In this document: piece by piece, positions 26,786-39,749 of the stretch
How the letters are laid out: every line of letters starts with the position of its first letter
Numbering within the stretch: position 1 is the stretch's first letter
Source: Paraspadella gotoi
Lineage: Eukaryota; Animalia; Chaetognatha
Assembly: GCA_051294375.1 (NCBI GenBank)
Contig: CM119271.1
Coordinates: 10,605,376 to 10,669,375 of the forward strand
Length of the DNA stretch: 64,000 nt
Direction of reading: 5' to 3'
Notes under the pieces: generated by a model
Told to the model about the DNA's origin: nothing
The model's input: only the letters and a program-made list of their open reading frames with translations
Databases searched by the model: none
Made by a program: the position numbers and the translations under genes

Positions 26786-27709
26786 AGGCGTCGCCATGAC
26801 AACGAGAAACACGGGACAGTTTCGCTTCTTAGCGTCGCCGGAAGATTTTCAACGCGCGCGTTTTTGTTGTTCACCTGAATTTGCGAAACCAATGTGATCT
26901 TTATTCTAGACTAGTCAAAATTATAGCGATTATATTCGATAAAGATGAAGTGGCTAATTGGGCCAGCCAGTAAGAATTGACGTAGACTTCTCGTTAAAAT
27001 ATTGCCGTAATTGCGAGTCGCCTATAAATTTGCAAAAAGAAAACTCCGACGTTCATGTGGTTATCGTAATTACTTCGATTCTATGTCACAGCTCTTGTTC
27101 ATACTTTAATATTGGAGCGTTGTGATTGATTTTTGAAGAAAGATTTTAATAAAAAGGGTTTTGGTTGCGAAGATTTACCTTTTTCAAGATTATATTAATT
27201 CTAAGGACTTATTGCTTAGTTTTCCTTCTATATAACTTACGTGGTAGGTTTTGCGTCTTACTTTGAAAACTGGAAAACTCGAAAAATATTTAATAATCTA
27301 CACTACTACTCTTTTTGATTTCATTTGATGGATCTGATCACCCGCTTTTCATCCATCGCAAACTCGGCCAAGTTTCTGTTTTTTTTTGTGATTTCCTCGA
27401 ACTCTCGTAGTTAGTATATTGATTATGGAGGCTTTGTCCAACCCCACAGAGTGACAGACCAATGATTACATAATTCGTTGAGAGGGAGAGAGAGAGAAAA
27501 AACCGTTTTAGCTCCAGGATTTCTCTTATATATCTACTCGCTTTTATGTTTACGTAACGTAAAAAAAAATCTTGTGTATTTCCTTATCATTAGTGAATTT
27601 CTTTTGGTCGATCGGTGAGGAGAACTGTTCTCCCGATTCTGCCGTCCATGATGGTTTAGCCTAAGATTCGGAAAGAAACAAAAACTAAACAAAAAAAACC
27701 CAAAAAACT

Positions 27710-29738
27710 ATGGATGACAACGATCCTTTACTCAGATTAGGCCGGCTGGACAGGATAGAGAGAATAGAACACCACCAGGCGGAACAGTTGCAACATCACG
27801 CTAATCAACATGCTCAGTTGCAGCAAACGTCGACGGCTCAACAGCAGCCGCAGCAATCTCAGCCCTCGCTTAACCATCAGCCGTCCCATCCTCCGCCTAC
27901 GCAACATCAGCAGCAGCAACAACAACCGCCGCAACCCCAGCAAAGCGCTTGCACGGCGATGGAGCGACCCGAAAAAATGGGTTCCGTCTACAAATGCGAA
28001 GTTTGCGGGAAAACGTTTAGTTTTCCCTCGAACCTCAAACGTCACATGATGTCCATCCATGACAAGAGCAAATTTCAGTGCAATCAATGCGAAAAGGATT
28101 TCTCGTTCGCCTCAAACTTGAGAAGACACATCTTGTCCATTCACGAAACGAAGAAAACCGCCTGCAGGTTTGAACATTCACGGTTCTTCTTTCATTTCTC
28201 TATATCTCCCCTACTATAAAAAAAAAATTCGGTGCTTGAGTTGCGTGTCTATACCCGTTTATTCTCTTTTGATACCAGACCAACTTACCCATGCTCTCAC
28301 TGTCAGAAAGAGTTTTTGTATCCTGCCAATGTAAAACGACATATAGGATATTCGCACGGGGAAGAACCCAGGTAATAGTGTAATTGGGGCTAAGGATCGA
28401 CGCGAAAAATTTCGGGGGTTGAGAAATGCATAGTATTCACGAGAGAAAATTATTGATATTATCTTGAGAGAGGATTAAAACGTCAATTAAGTTGCGGAGA
28501 TGCGCGCTGTAAGTTGAAGGGGGAAAAAAATTACCATATCTTTTAAGCTTCGGTCCTTCGGACACTTGCAGCAAAAGTAAGAAAGATGCCGAATCCCAAC
28601 GTAGACTTTTCGATAATTTCTTAGAAAAGCCTCCAGGAATTCGATCGATTCCGTTACTAAACTTTTGCCTCGATCCTTATCCTTATCTATCGCTTCCGGT
28701 TCGCCTCCTCGCGTCACCGAAAGCGACAACGTTTTCGGCCTTTTGACGTCTTCCCATTTTTTTTTTATCGGCAGAACTTTCCACTGCGAATTGTGTGATA
28801 AAGATTTTGCCTTCGAGTCTAATCTAAAACGACACATCCTCTCGATTCACCAGTTGATGAGATTCATTTGCAGGTATTAAAGGAGAATAAAACGACTCAA
28901 GCACTTTTCACCGTTGATGGTAGCCCTTCACCCGAGTTCTTTTCCTCCCCCCCAAACCGTTTCCTTATCCATCCCACCTCACTTTTTTTTTTCAACAGCG
29001 AATGCGGTAAAGAGTTTTCCTACGCTTCGAACCTGAGGCGTCACGTGATGTCCAGCCACAACAAAAACAGATTCTACTGCCAAATTTGCGCCAAAGACTT
29101 TAGCTACACTTCGAACCTTCGTCGCCACATGATTTCCTCCCACGGGAACGAACATCGCGTCGGCGTCTTCGGCGAGAACGGCGTCATCGAGATCAAGGAC
29201 GAGACGCCGCCCGAGCTGGAGGACGGAGACGTCAAGGAGCTGCACAACTCCATCTTCGCCACGCCCACGCAGCAGCAACAACAACAGACACAACAACAGC
29301 AGCAGCGAGCGATTTGCGGCGCGCCGACTCTTTCCGCCAGAGAATCGCCGGCCCCCGGGGTAACCAACGCCGCGGCTCCAGAGCTCATCGCCACTACCAC
29401 GGCCGCCGTGGCCGCGGCGGCGGCCGCCGCTGCAGCCGCCGCGGCCGCCGCTCAGACGCAGCACCAGATGAGTAGCCTCAAGACGCAAATGAACCCCGTC
29501 TTCACTCAACCCGCCTCGAACCACAACATGAATCTGGCCGCGGCTGCGGCGGCGGCGGGATTGCCCGCCATGAAGCACGCCATGAGCCACCACAACATAT
29601 CCATCCAGACGGCGCCGTGCAGATCGTCCCGCTCAACGTGCCCGTGACGGGGACGGTGCTGCGCCCCGCCAACCCGCCGCTGGCCATGACGAGCGGCGTG
29701 TTCAGGGCGCCCAACGGAAACATCGTTTCCACTCTCTG
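27710..29738 (+). CDS. C2H2 zinc-finger protein with 6 fingers, polyQ and polyA tracts; 4 exons; probable 1-nt frameshift near 29612
   Basis: Fingers such as CEVCGKTFSFPSNLKRHMMSIH and CQICAKDFSYTSNLRRHMISSH across exons ~27710-28167, 28279-28371, 28775-28873, 28999-end. Confidence 0.8.
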
Positions 29739-31438
29739 ATTTCGGAGTTGAAAAACGTGCGAAGGGTAGAGGGGGGGATGTGAAACTGTGCAAAAGGAGG
29801 AGGATTAAGCGCGCGGTAGTTTTTATTTTTTGTTTTGTCTAGTTTTCTATTTTTAAAAACCGCGTCCCTATTTTCTTTCTTCCCTCCTCTCCCTGCTTCG
29901 AACGAACGAGATTTATTTTTGTTTTTTTTTAATTTAAAACTTATAATAAGTACATTGCGATCCGCGGGAAGCCAAAACTTTTTTTTTTAATTATAATGTG
30001 CCAAAAAAATTGAAAATTTATGTCAAGGAATATGAAATTGTACAATCAGTTCTTATTTTCGAGAGAGATTGTTGTTTTTTTGTTCTTGTGACTTTGAATC
30101 GGGCGATTTTGAATCTCAAGTTTTTCCTCGCTTCCATCCTGAGTTTGATTCGTCTTCCTCATTCTGGACGTGTGCAACGTGATCCACAGGATGTACTACA
30201 TATTGAATGATTATTTCCAGGCTTGGAAGCAGTCTCACGAAGGCAAACAACGAATTTTTTATAGCATTAAATCTTAAAATTTTATAATACATTTTTAGAA
30301 ATTTTAGAAATGTTGCGACAAGATTTACAATGATTTGAATCACTAAATTATAATTATATACGGCTCTTTTGATAGGAGGAAAAAGAAAATGGAAATATAC
30401 CGTTTCTGAAACGATAAAAACCTAAAAGGGTTCCTCTTAGGACGAGAGCTTAGGGTAGGTGGCAAAATTCTTTCAAACCGAGTTGTTTTAAATGCTGTTG
30501 AAGTTGGTAAGTTAATTTAAATTACGCGCTGGTTCTCTTTGCACACCTACCAAACTTAGTTGATATAGTGACATAATTCTGATATAATAATGCTACACTC
30601 AGGTTATTGGAAGGTTGTACTACCCAGTACCCAATAATGCCAGCCTGATGGCAAGAGGTCTATTTCTGGATAAATATCATTGCTTTTAGCAAAAATAGCT
30701 TATTCTTATAGGAATTCTAGTCCATTTTTAAAGCTTTCTAGTTTCTAGGATTTAGCATAATTTGACTTACTAAATAAACTTGAGGATTATTTTGTGCAAT
30801 ACTCGACATTTAGAAGACTGAGGTCAATAAGCTGCCAAATATGTAATTGATTTCGTCGGTTTTGGCTAGATTTATTATTGGTGCTCATATGACTACTATA
30901 AATGTAACCAAATTTTTAGGATCATATTGAAAAATAAAGGTTAGTTCTATTAAGTCGATGCAGGAAAGAATCTACTTTTCAGAAAATGGTATGAAGGAAG
31001 TTTTAAAGAATTTGCAAATGGTTTACGGCCGGAATGATTACTCAGAAACCTTTGATATAATTAGGCTGCGCTGTATAAATTAGGGTATTTTTCTTACCTT
31101 TAGATATTGTTGGACTATATTTATTTTTCGCGTTATCGATTGTGACATGAAACAAAAAATCCAACGCGAGTTACTTACATTTGAATAAGAAGTTATTGGC
31201 AGTAAAATTTGTTGGTACGTGATCAACAAATGGTACATTGTTCTCACATCTGATTTATTTCTTCTTTTTTTTTCGCTCTCTTCAAAAAATATTGTTCGAA
31301 AAAAAAGTGTGGTTTTCTTTTTGTTCTTGTTTGCGCTGACGTAGATATCTATTTAGGGATTTGCCATTGATTTGAAAACGCATGACAATCTGTACAGTTT
31401 TCTTTTATCATCCAGGTTTTTGTTGTTAAGCTTCCATC

Positions 31439-33821
31439 ATGAACTGTTTCACTCTCCTAACGATTTGCGTCTTGTTGGTTTTGGAAGTTCCTCGGTCATC
31501 ACCCACCGCGCAGGAGGCAGAATTGATTCTTACCAGGTCCAATTTCGACGATGAAATCGGCAAAGGTTGGAGCGGTTGAAACTTTTTGTGTATTTCTCTA
31601 TCGTAGCTTTTAATCATGTGGCTTTAAACGCATCCAGGACCTCAATTCGTAATGTTCTACGCTCCTTGGTGCGGCCATTGCAAACGACTTCATCCCACTT
31701 GGACTCAATTGGCGCAAAAATACAACGAGGAACAAAACGGCGACTTCGTCACCATCTCAAAAGCAAGACCCGTTTTTAGTTGCGCCGCGAGTACTCGCGG
31801 AACAACTGTCACTTTTCGGTCGGTCTGTCTGTCCGTCGGTCCGTCCCACTTACGTTAAAAATGTTCATAACTCGCCTATAGTTAGTTACTCACTTGTTAA
31901 GACTGCTAGCGCCGCCTTCAGGAAATCCTAAAACTAAAAAGTGAAGTCATGACTCATACCTACACCTTACGGCGCAACACATTGGATGACCCGATCTATT
32001 TACTTTCTCTCCCGCGTTTTTCCTTACCTTTTTAACTCCTAAATCCCACCAACCTTTCTCCCCTTTTATCCAGGTCGATTGCACGGCCGAAACCCAACTC
32101 TGCGCGGACCAAGGCGTCACCGGCTACCCCACCCTCAAGCTCTTCGACGGCGGCGAAGGCATTCGATACCGCGGCCGACGCGAAGTCGCGGCCTTCGACG
32201 CTTTCCTCGCCGAAAACGTGAGAAGTGGCGACGATGAAGAGGAGGTCGAAGACGAAGACTTTGAAAACCGTGCGGACGAACGAAGCGACGGAGAACTCGA
32301 GGAAGACGACGGCGAAGCTCCGACGGAACTCGTCGACATCGAGGACGGGTTGGCCAAACTCAACGAACGCACCTTCGACATGCACGTCGCCGACGGAGTG
32401 CATTTCGTCAAGTTCTTCGCTCCTTGGTGCGGACATTGTCAAAGGTGAATGGGGAGATGGGGGGTGGATTTGAGAATGAGAATATAAATCTTAAATTTGA
32501 TTGCGACAAATGGTTTTAACAAATGGTTTCATGTTTGACTTTATTGTTGTTTTTAGAATGGCGCCCGCTTGGGATCAGCTCGCCAAGGCTTTGGAGGACG
32601 ATTCGAGAATTTCCATAGGTGGGAATCTACCGTTCAACTCGTTTAAGATCTACGATAAGCCTTACTAATTTAAAGTAATATTAATCGAGGCTTTCCCCCC
32701 ACCGCAATTAGGTCGTGTCGACTGCACGACGGAGCGTTCCCTCTGCGAGACGCACGGCGTCCGCGGCTACCCGTCCCTCCTCGTCTTCGTCAACGGACGT
32801 CGCGAGGAAAAGTATCAAGGGAGTCGAGAGTTTCAAGATCTTTTCGCTTTCATCTCTCAATCGGCGGAGAAGTTCGAGGAGGCGAAGCTGAGGGACGATC
32901 TCGCCGTGCCGCAGGTGAGAAATGCACGTTGGCATTCACATTTTGCTGGTGGTTATTCAGAAGTATATTCGGTTATTCGGAGAGTTGAAACGACCGTGAT
33001 TTTTGTGACTGGTTCTTTATTTAGGTTCCGACGGATGATTTGTCCTTCGAGGCGACGATTTCCACGGTGGCCAAAATCTCCGAGGACGATTTCGAGGAAG
33101 CGAGGAAAGCTCCCGTCGCTTTTGTCAAGTTTTACGCGCCCTGGTGTAGTCATTGTCAAACGTTGGTTAGTTGAGGAAGATTTATGAGTGACAAGTAGTT
33201 TGAGATAATGACTAGGGCTTTTGTACGAACCGAGAATTCAGGCTTTGTTTTTCTTTTTTTTGCACACCCTGCCAGGCGCCTCTTTGGGAAGAACTGGCCG
33301 ACAAATTTTCGAACGATGAGAATATCTTAATTGCCAAGGGTAAGTACTACTAACTCGCATTTTGTTTAAAATTTATATGCATACATATTACATAGTGTTT
33401 TTGTTTTTGAATGATGAGCATCGCGATCTGCACGAGATTTTGTCCTTTTTTGTTCGAGTTCCTTTTTAGGAATTCACAGAAAACGAATTTCGCGTGAAGT
33501 TTTATCACTTTGATCTCTGAAACGTCGGTGGGACGGAAACGATCCTCATTCGCGAATCAATGGACCGATTTTTTAATGAAATTTAAAAACCCCCTTTCTC
33601 CCCTTTTTTTTTATTTGTCGGCTTTTGTCGGCTTTTCTCGCTTCTCTTCTAAAGTGGACTGCACCGAAAATCGATCTCTCTGCGACCGACACTCCGTCAC
33701 CGGTTACCCGACGCTGCTTCTTTTCGTAAACGGAGATCGTGCCGACGAATTTACCGGAGTTCGGGATTTGGAGTCGCTCTCCGCTTTTGTCGAATCTCGA
33801 AGGCAGAAGGACGAGTTGTGA
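31439..33821 (+). CDS. TXNDC5: Thioredoxin domain-containing protein 5 (ERp46-like PDI); 8 exons
   Basis: Signal peptide [15 protein letters not shown]; three Trx domains ([30 protein letters not shown]), each followed by VDCT...GYP; C-terminal KDEL*. Confidence 0.9.
31773..32001. mobile_element. HINE/DINE-1-like non-autonomous Helentron-type insert in a TXNDC5 intron
   Basis: 5' T-run, subterminal IR gttgcgccg ... cggcgcaac, palindrome ccgcgagtactcgcgg, GTCY-type microsatellite (ggtcggtctgtctgtccgtcggtccgtc). Confidence 0.5.
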
Positions 33822-33830
33822 TGTGTAGTG

Positions 33831-33832
<2 letters not shown>

Positions 33833-33892
<60 letters not shown>
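33833..33892. repeat. (GA)n microsatellite, about 30 units, just after the TXNDC5 stop
   Basis: Uninterrupted gagaga run. Confidence 0.95.
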
Positions 33893-33895
<3 letters not shown>

Positions 33896-33956
33896 TAATA
33901 GTAAAAATTCGGTCGCCGATCGATCCTGTTTGCGTTTCGATCTATCCCACTCAACG

Positions 33957-34106
33957 TGTTGGACATAAACCTTTGCCAAACGTCGGAATGGAAATAAATG
34001 CATTTCGTTCGTGTTTAATTAATCAAAAGTGAAGTTTTTATTAACTAAACACGAACAAAATACATTTATTTCCATTCCGACATTTGGCAAAAGTTTATGT
34101 CCAACA
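33957..34106. repeat. Long hairpin with 67-bp arms and a 16-nt loop
   Basis: 33957-34023 is the reverse complement of 34040-34106 with 5 mismatches. Confidence 0.9.
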
Positions 34107-34347
34107 AACGTCCGAAACATTTCCAAGTGGAAAAATTGCTTTTATTGTCCGCGTTGTACTTCGCCTAGCAATTTTTTGGCGATGATTTTTTTTCTATGAC
34201 TTTACATACATCTCATGTTGAAGCTTAATTTCTTAGAACAAAACGACTCATAGGCATTACGGTGTTTTACTACTAACAAGTATTATTCAATTCGCGGTGC
34301 CCCTTTTAAATGTAATTTCCCTGTCAACGATCATATTAAATATTTAT

Positions 34348-34656
34348 TACTGTGATCATTAAGGCGGAACCAAGTCAAAACTAATATAAATTATGTTAGA
34401 GCATTATACTTTGTATAAACTACTTTTTATGGGCTATCTGAATCCGTTCTTAAAAAGTAAAAATTTTTACAAAAATATTTTTTTCATTGTCTTTGCATTG
34501 ATAAATATTTAAATGCTTCAATGTTATACTGTGCTTCACTAGTTAAAAAAGTGATAGTAAATATTGATTAAGTATATGATGGACAAATGAATTTTATATT
34601 ACAGAACTCTTAATGATAAAAAGTGATCAATTTTGGCCCGCCTTAGTGATCATAGT
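34348..34656. mobile_element. MITE-like element with ~25-bp imperfect TIRs
   Basis: actgtgatcattaaggcggaaccaa versus ttggcccgccttagtgatcatagt; AT-rich non-coding interior. Confidence 0.5.
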
Positions 34657-34920
34657 TGCGTTTTATTAGTAACTACTACTTAAGTCATTGCCTAAGGGCT
34701 TTGGAGTTTTTAAACGAATTTAAAAATAAAGTTGCTTTTAGAAAACCAACAACATTAGGAAGCCATTGTTCCGATATGCTCCACTCGTCTTCGTCACTGT
34801 GATTAACTAACGTTGCCTTTTTTATCTTTTTAAATCCAACATCGTTAACTCGTTTAATTTTTTTAGAGAATACAATGTAACGTCGAAGAGGGAATAAAAA
34901 AACAAGAGGGATCGTCCGAG

Positions 34921-37900
34921 ATGGAAGCGGAAGGCTTGGACGCCGTCTACGAAAAAATCAAATCGGCTCTGGTCATCGAACTTCAAGATCCTTCGTGGAT
35001 CCTGCTGAAGGAGGATCAACGTGTCATCGTGGAACGGCGCCGCGGTGACGCCGACCTCGACGTCCTCTCCTCCGGTCTCCAAGACGACGTCGTGGTCAAG
35101 CAAGAACCTTTGACCTTGACGCCGATCACCGGAAGCGCGGAAGACGAAGTCATCGCCGCCGTTAAACGCGCCATCCTCCACGACGGATCCTCGATCCTAT
35201 CGCCGATTCACGAAAGTCGCGGAGGCGCCTTCGACGGTCCCTTCGACATCGGAGAGGCGCAAGACGATGACGAGCCTTCGTGCAAAGTGGAAAACATTCT
35301 CGTCGGCGAGAATGAAGTCCGTGCCGAGAATGAAGTTCATTACGGCGCCGAGACGAAGCGAAAACGGCGCGGACGCCCGCCGAAAATCGACGCCGCCCAC
35401 CGATCATCTCTCGGCGACGATCGACGGCCACCGTCGAGATTTCCCTGCAAAAATTGCGACGCGACTTTTCGCGACAAACTCTCTCTGGCTCGTCACGTGA
35501 GATGGAAACATCCCGACGCCGCGGTGCCGCCGCGTCGGTCCAAACCCTGCTGCTTCGTCTGCGGCGCCGCGTTTCGCCTCAAGAGTCGATTGAGGAAGCA
35601 CTTGACGGACGCCCACCCGGACGAGCCCGTCGCCTGTCACGTCTGCGGGAGAGAGACGCCCAACTTTGCCAAATTGACGCGGCATCTGAAGAAGGATCAC
35701 GACGGCGCCGTTTGCCATCTGTGCGACTGGTGCGGCGCTCGTTTGGGCGGCGAAGAGGCGATGGTGGCTCACGCCAAAGATGTTCATCGAGTCGAAGTTA
35801 AAACTGTCGCTTGCCCGGTTTGTCGCAGGTAACGGATTGACGGTGAGACTTTTTGGAAATGACCGTTGAATGATTTTTATTTGTATCCTTTTTCTATCCC
35901 AGAGAATTACTCTCGGCCGATCAAGTTCGAACTCACCTCTCCCGCGCCCATCACTTGGACGTTTTCGAAAATGAGGAGAACGAGGAGAACGCCAAGGAGA
36001 ACGCCGCCAGCCTCGATTCGGCGAAGCTCGAGTGCCAAATTTGTAAGCGGCTCTTCCTTCGCGCCGTAGAGGCCGTGGGTCACGATCACCCGGACGCTGA
36101 GAAGAAGCTACTCAAGCGAAAGGTTTATATTTGATATTGTGCTCCCCAATCTTATTTGCATAAAATAATCGTTTAAATCTCGTCAAATAACTGCTGTGTT
36201 CACTTTTCTATTCATATGTATAGATTATACTTCATTATTGCATTTGCGTTACCCTCCTTTCTCTTTCTACTCTCCACCCTCCCAAAACTTTCCCAGATTT
36301 GTACTCACTGCGGTAAGTTCGTGACGAACCTCGTCGAGCACGTCGCCCGAACTCACTCGAAGGAGCAGCAATTTCCCTGCAAGGAGTGCGAGAAAACCTT
36401 TCCGTCCAGGGGGAAGTTAAACGAGCACGCCAAGACTGTTCACTCGGGGCAGTCGAAGGCCATTTGCGACGTGAGTATGAGAACTTTTGTTTTGATTTGA
36501 AAATGTTGATTAAAAAATAACATAACTTTTTTTCGCCTAGGTGTGTGGGAAACAATTTTCGAACGTTCACAAAGCCAAACGTCACATGGTGGCGATTCAT
36601 TTCCAAGAGAAGTGCTTTTGTGAAGTAAGTCTCACAAATTCTCTCCACCGCTCACAGCCTCACACTCCGCTTTTCCCTTTGGTTACCGGCTACACCTTTC
36701 AGGTCTGCGGCAAGGAATGTCCCCACAAGGAGGCTCTCTACGCCCACGTGATCCGCAATCACTCGGGCAAAGTCTATCACTGCGAAGTCTGCGGCCAGAA
36801 ATTCTCTCTCCCGGAAAACATGAAGCGTCACGTGCAAACGGTTCACATGAAGTCGAAAATCTCGTGCGAGGAATGCGGAAAAGAGTTCACCTGCAAGGAT
36901 CACCTCCGTCGTCACGCCAAGTCCGTTCACGAGGGAAAACGCCACCAGTGTCTTTACTGCGTCAAAAACTATAGCCAGGCCGGCGACCTGCATCGTCATA
37001 TGAAGCTGGCCCACGGTATGCCTGGCTCTAATCAACTCAAAATGCAGCAAGGTCGGAACGTGAAGACAAATTCCGAGATGGTAAATTGACGCGTCTTTTG
37101 GAGAATTTGTTAATATTCAATATACAATAAGTTTATGTAGGAGTGGGACTCGGGTTATGAATTATATATTATTTGTTACTTGCATCTTCAGTGCTCGCGC
37201 TGTCTTTCTAGTTTACCTGATATTTATTACAATAGCTAAATGACTAAATACGAATATAATTTATCTTTATTTGTCGGGAAGAAACTTTCGTGAAGATTCA
37301 TCATCATTCATTCATAATTATTGTTTATTTAATACAACTATTTAATAGAGTGGAGCACTCAAGAACAAAAAATTTATTTGAATGATCGAACAATGATATT
37401 TAGATGTGAGATAGTATGATTAACTAGTACAAAAAATATTTTGTTCATATTATCTCGGGAACAGAATAGCAAAATATAATATATTTGTAGTAATATCCTT
37501 ATAAAATAGTAAATTTTAAAAATAATTTTTATAAAACTTTTAATAAAGATTCAGATTCTTCATAAAAAGTTGAATCAAAAATATAAAACACGTTATCAAA
37601 AATTCTGTCATCTTCAATGTTTAAAATAAGAAAAAAGGTAAAAATTCCTGACTTTTTTATTCTCTGTAGTAGAAACTTATATATGTTAAAACGTTTTAGT
37701 CATTTTTTGTGATCTAAACATTAAAATATCATATAACATATTTTATAAAAGTTTCTTAGTTTTTTACCGCGAATCCAAATCAGTTCTTAAAAATAAAAAA
37801 AAAAATATTTTGAAATTTAACGATTTTATAAGGATATTACTACATAAATAATTGAATTTGCTATACTGTTATGCTAAAAAAAATTTTAAAAGGATTTAAA

Positions 37901-39106
37901 ATTCATTAATTATATATCCATAGGCAGCAAAAAAATAATGTTCAATCACTCAATCTTTTCATCACTCCACCCTACTATTCAACACTTAATACATTGAGCA
38001 AGGACTTCAGAGATATGGGACTCTTACATGAGAGTACTTTACTTGATTTTTTTTTTTTAAACAGTAACAGTGTAAAAGACTGGAAAACTAAACTACGTAT
38101 TGAAATTCACTTTACTTGATCCAAGCTGACCATTTATTTCACCTTTGAATAATAAAGTATTTTTGAGTTATGAAAAGGTCAGCCAGGATAGAGATCAACT
38201 CTCAATCATTAATGACAAAATTATTCTATCAAAATTATTACAAAATTATTTATGAATCAATTAAACTACTAAACAATATAGAAAAGTATATAAAATCCAA
38301 CAATATGCCTAATAATATTTCAGTACAAAAAGCAATTGGACTTAAATGGTTTACTACTATATGCAAATGCGATTGATGAAATCTCAATCTATTTAGTATT
38401 ATTCTAAGAATCTATCTCTTACATTTACTTTGTGGTCGGTCTGTTTGTCATTGATTTATCTAACATTTTATATTTTATACATTTTATATACAAATTAATA
38501 TTAATTTACATAATACTTTATTTTTCTTTAATTTCGTTAGTGTAAATTTAAACAAGAGAAAAGATTGATTTTCACAACGAATTTTTGTTTTTAATTTGCT
38601 TACATGTTTCGAATAGTATTCTTTTCATCGTCAGTGCAAATTAGAAACAAAAATTCTTTGTGAAAAATCACCCTTTTCTCTTATATACATAATGCTTTAT
38701 CATTTTTATTTATACGATTTCGATTATATAATACGTATTAAAACTTTTTTTTTTGGTCGTCGACTCGATCGATCCTATTCTTTCCACGACCGACCCGGCC
38801 AAAGAGGAACGGCGGACGGAGAAGTCGGTCTCCTCCAAGCCACACCCGCATCGATCTCTCGTCCTCGAAACGTTGCCAACCTTTCTCGCCGATTCCTCCG
38901 TCGACTCGGCGACGCAAGGTCTCAAAGTCGATCTTCGCCCCTACTATTCCCTCAACGCTAAAGAGTTCTCCACGTCGAGCGCGTCCAACCTCGACGCCTC
39001 CGACGCGTTCGCCACGCCCACCATCGCCGCCTCCGCCTTAAGTTCTTACTCCCCGCCGCCGCCCTTGACCGCCATGGGCGTCGCGTCGCAACTCGCGTCC
39101 CATTGA
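34921..39106 (+). CDS. AT-hook plus multi-C2H2 zinc-finger protein, copy 1 (probable last exon ~38756-39106 lacks its AG acceptor here)
   Basis: AT-hook KRRGRPPK; more than 10 C2H2 fingers (e.g. CEECGKEFTCKDHLRRHAKSVH); GT-AG introns; donor ATG|gtaaat at 37081. Confidence 0.8.
37340..37985. mobile_element. AT-rich foldback/MITE-like element in a ZnF intron (second copy ~42170-42815)
   Basis: tagtaatatccttataaaat (~37488) versus attttataaggatattacta (~37823), plus further degenerate inverted matches outward. Confidence 0.55.
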
Positions 39107-39749
39107 GAGATTAAATTCTTTTTTTTTTTTTTTTTTTTGTAAAAAACTATAAAAATTAGGGTACGATAATGATGATTTTAAAGAGTTTTTCCATTATTTG
39201 AACCACTTATCATCGAAATATTAAAAAAACGCACTATACTTTGTGCAAACAACTTTTTATGGGCTATCTGAATCCGTTCTTAAAAAGTAAAAATTTTTAC
39301 AAAAATATTTTTTCATTGTCTATGCATTGATAAATATTTAAATGCTTCAATGTTATACTGTGCTTCACTAGTTAAAAAAGTGATAGTAAATATTGATTAA
39401 GTATATGATGGACAAATGAATTTTATATTACAGAACTCTTAATGGTAAAAAGTGATCAATTTTGGCCCTCCTTAGTGATCATAGTTTCGTTTTATTAGTA
39501 CTTACTACTTAAGTCATTGCCTAAGGGCTTTGGAGTTTTTAAACGAATTTAAAAATAAAGTTGCTTTTAGAAAACCAACAACATTAGGAAGCCATTGTTC
39601 CGATATGCTCCACTCGTCTTCGTCACTGTGATTAACTAACGTTGCCTTTTTTATCTTTTTAAATCCAACATCGTTAACTCGTTTAATTTTTTTAGAGAAT
39701 ACAATGTAACGTCGAAGAGGGAATAAAAAAACAAGAGGGATCGTCCGAG

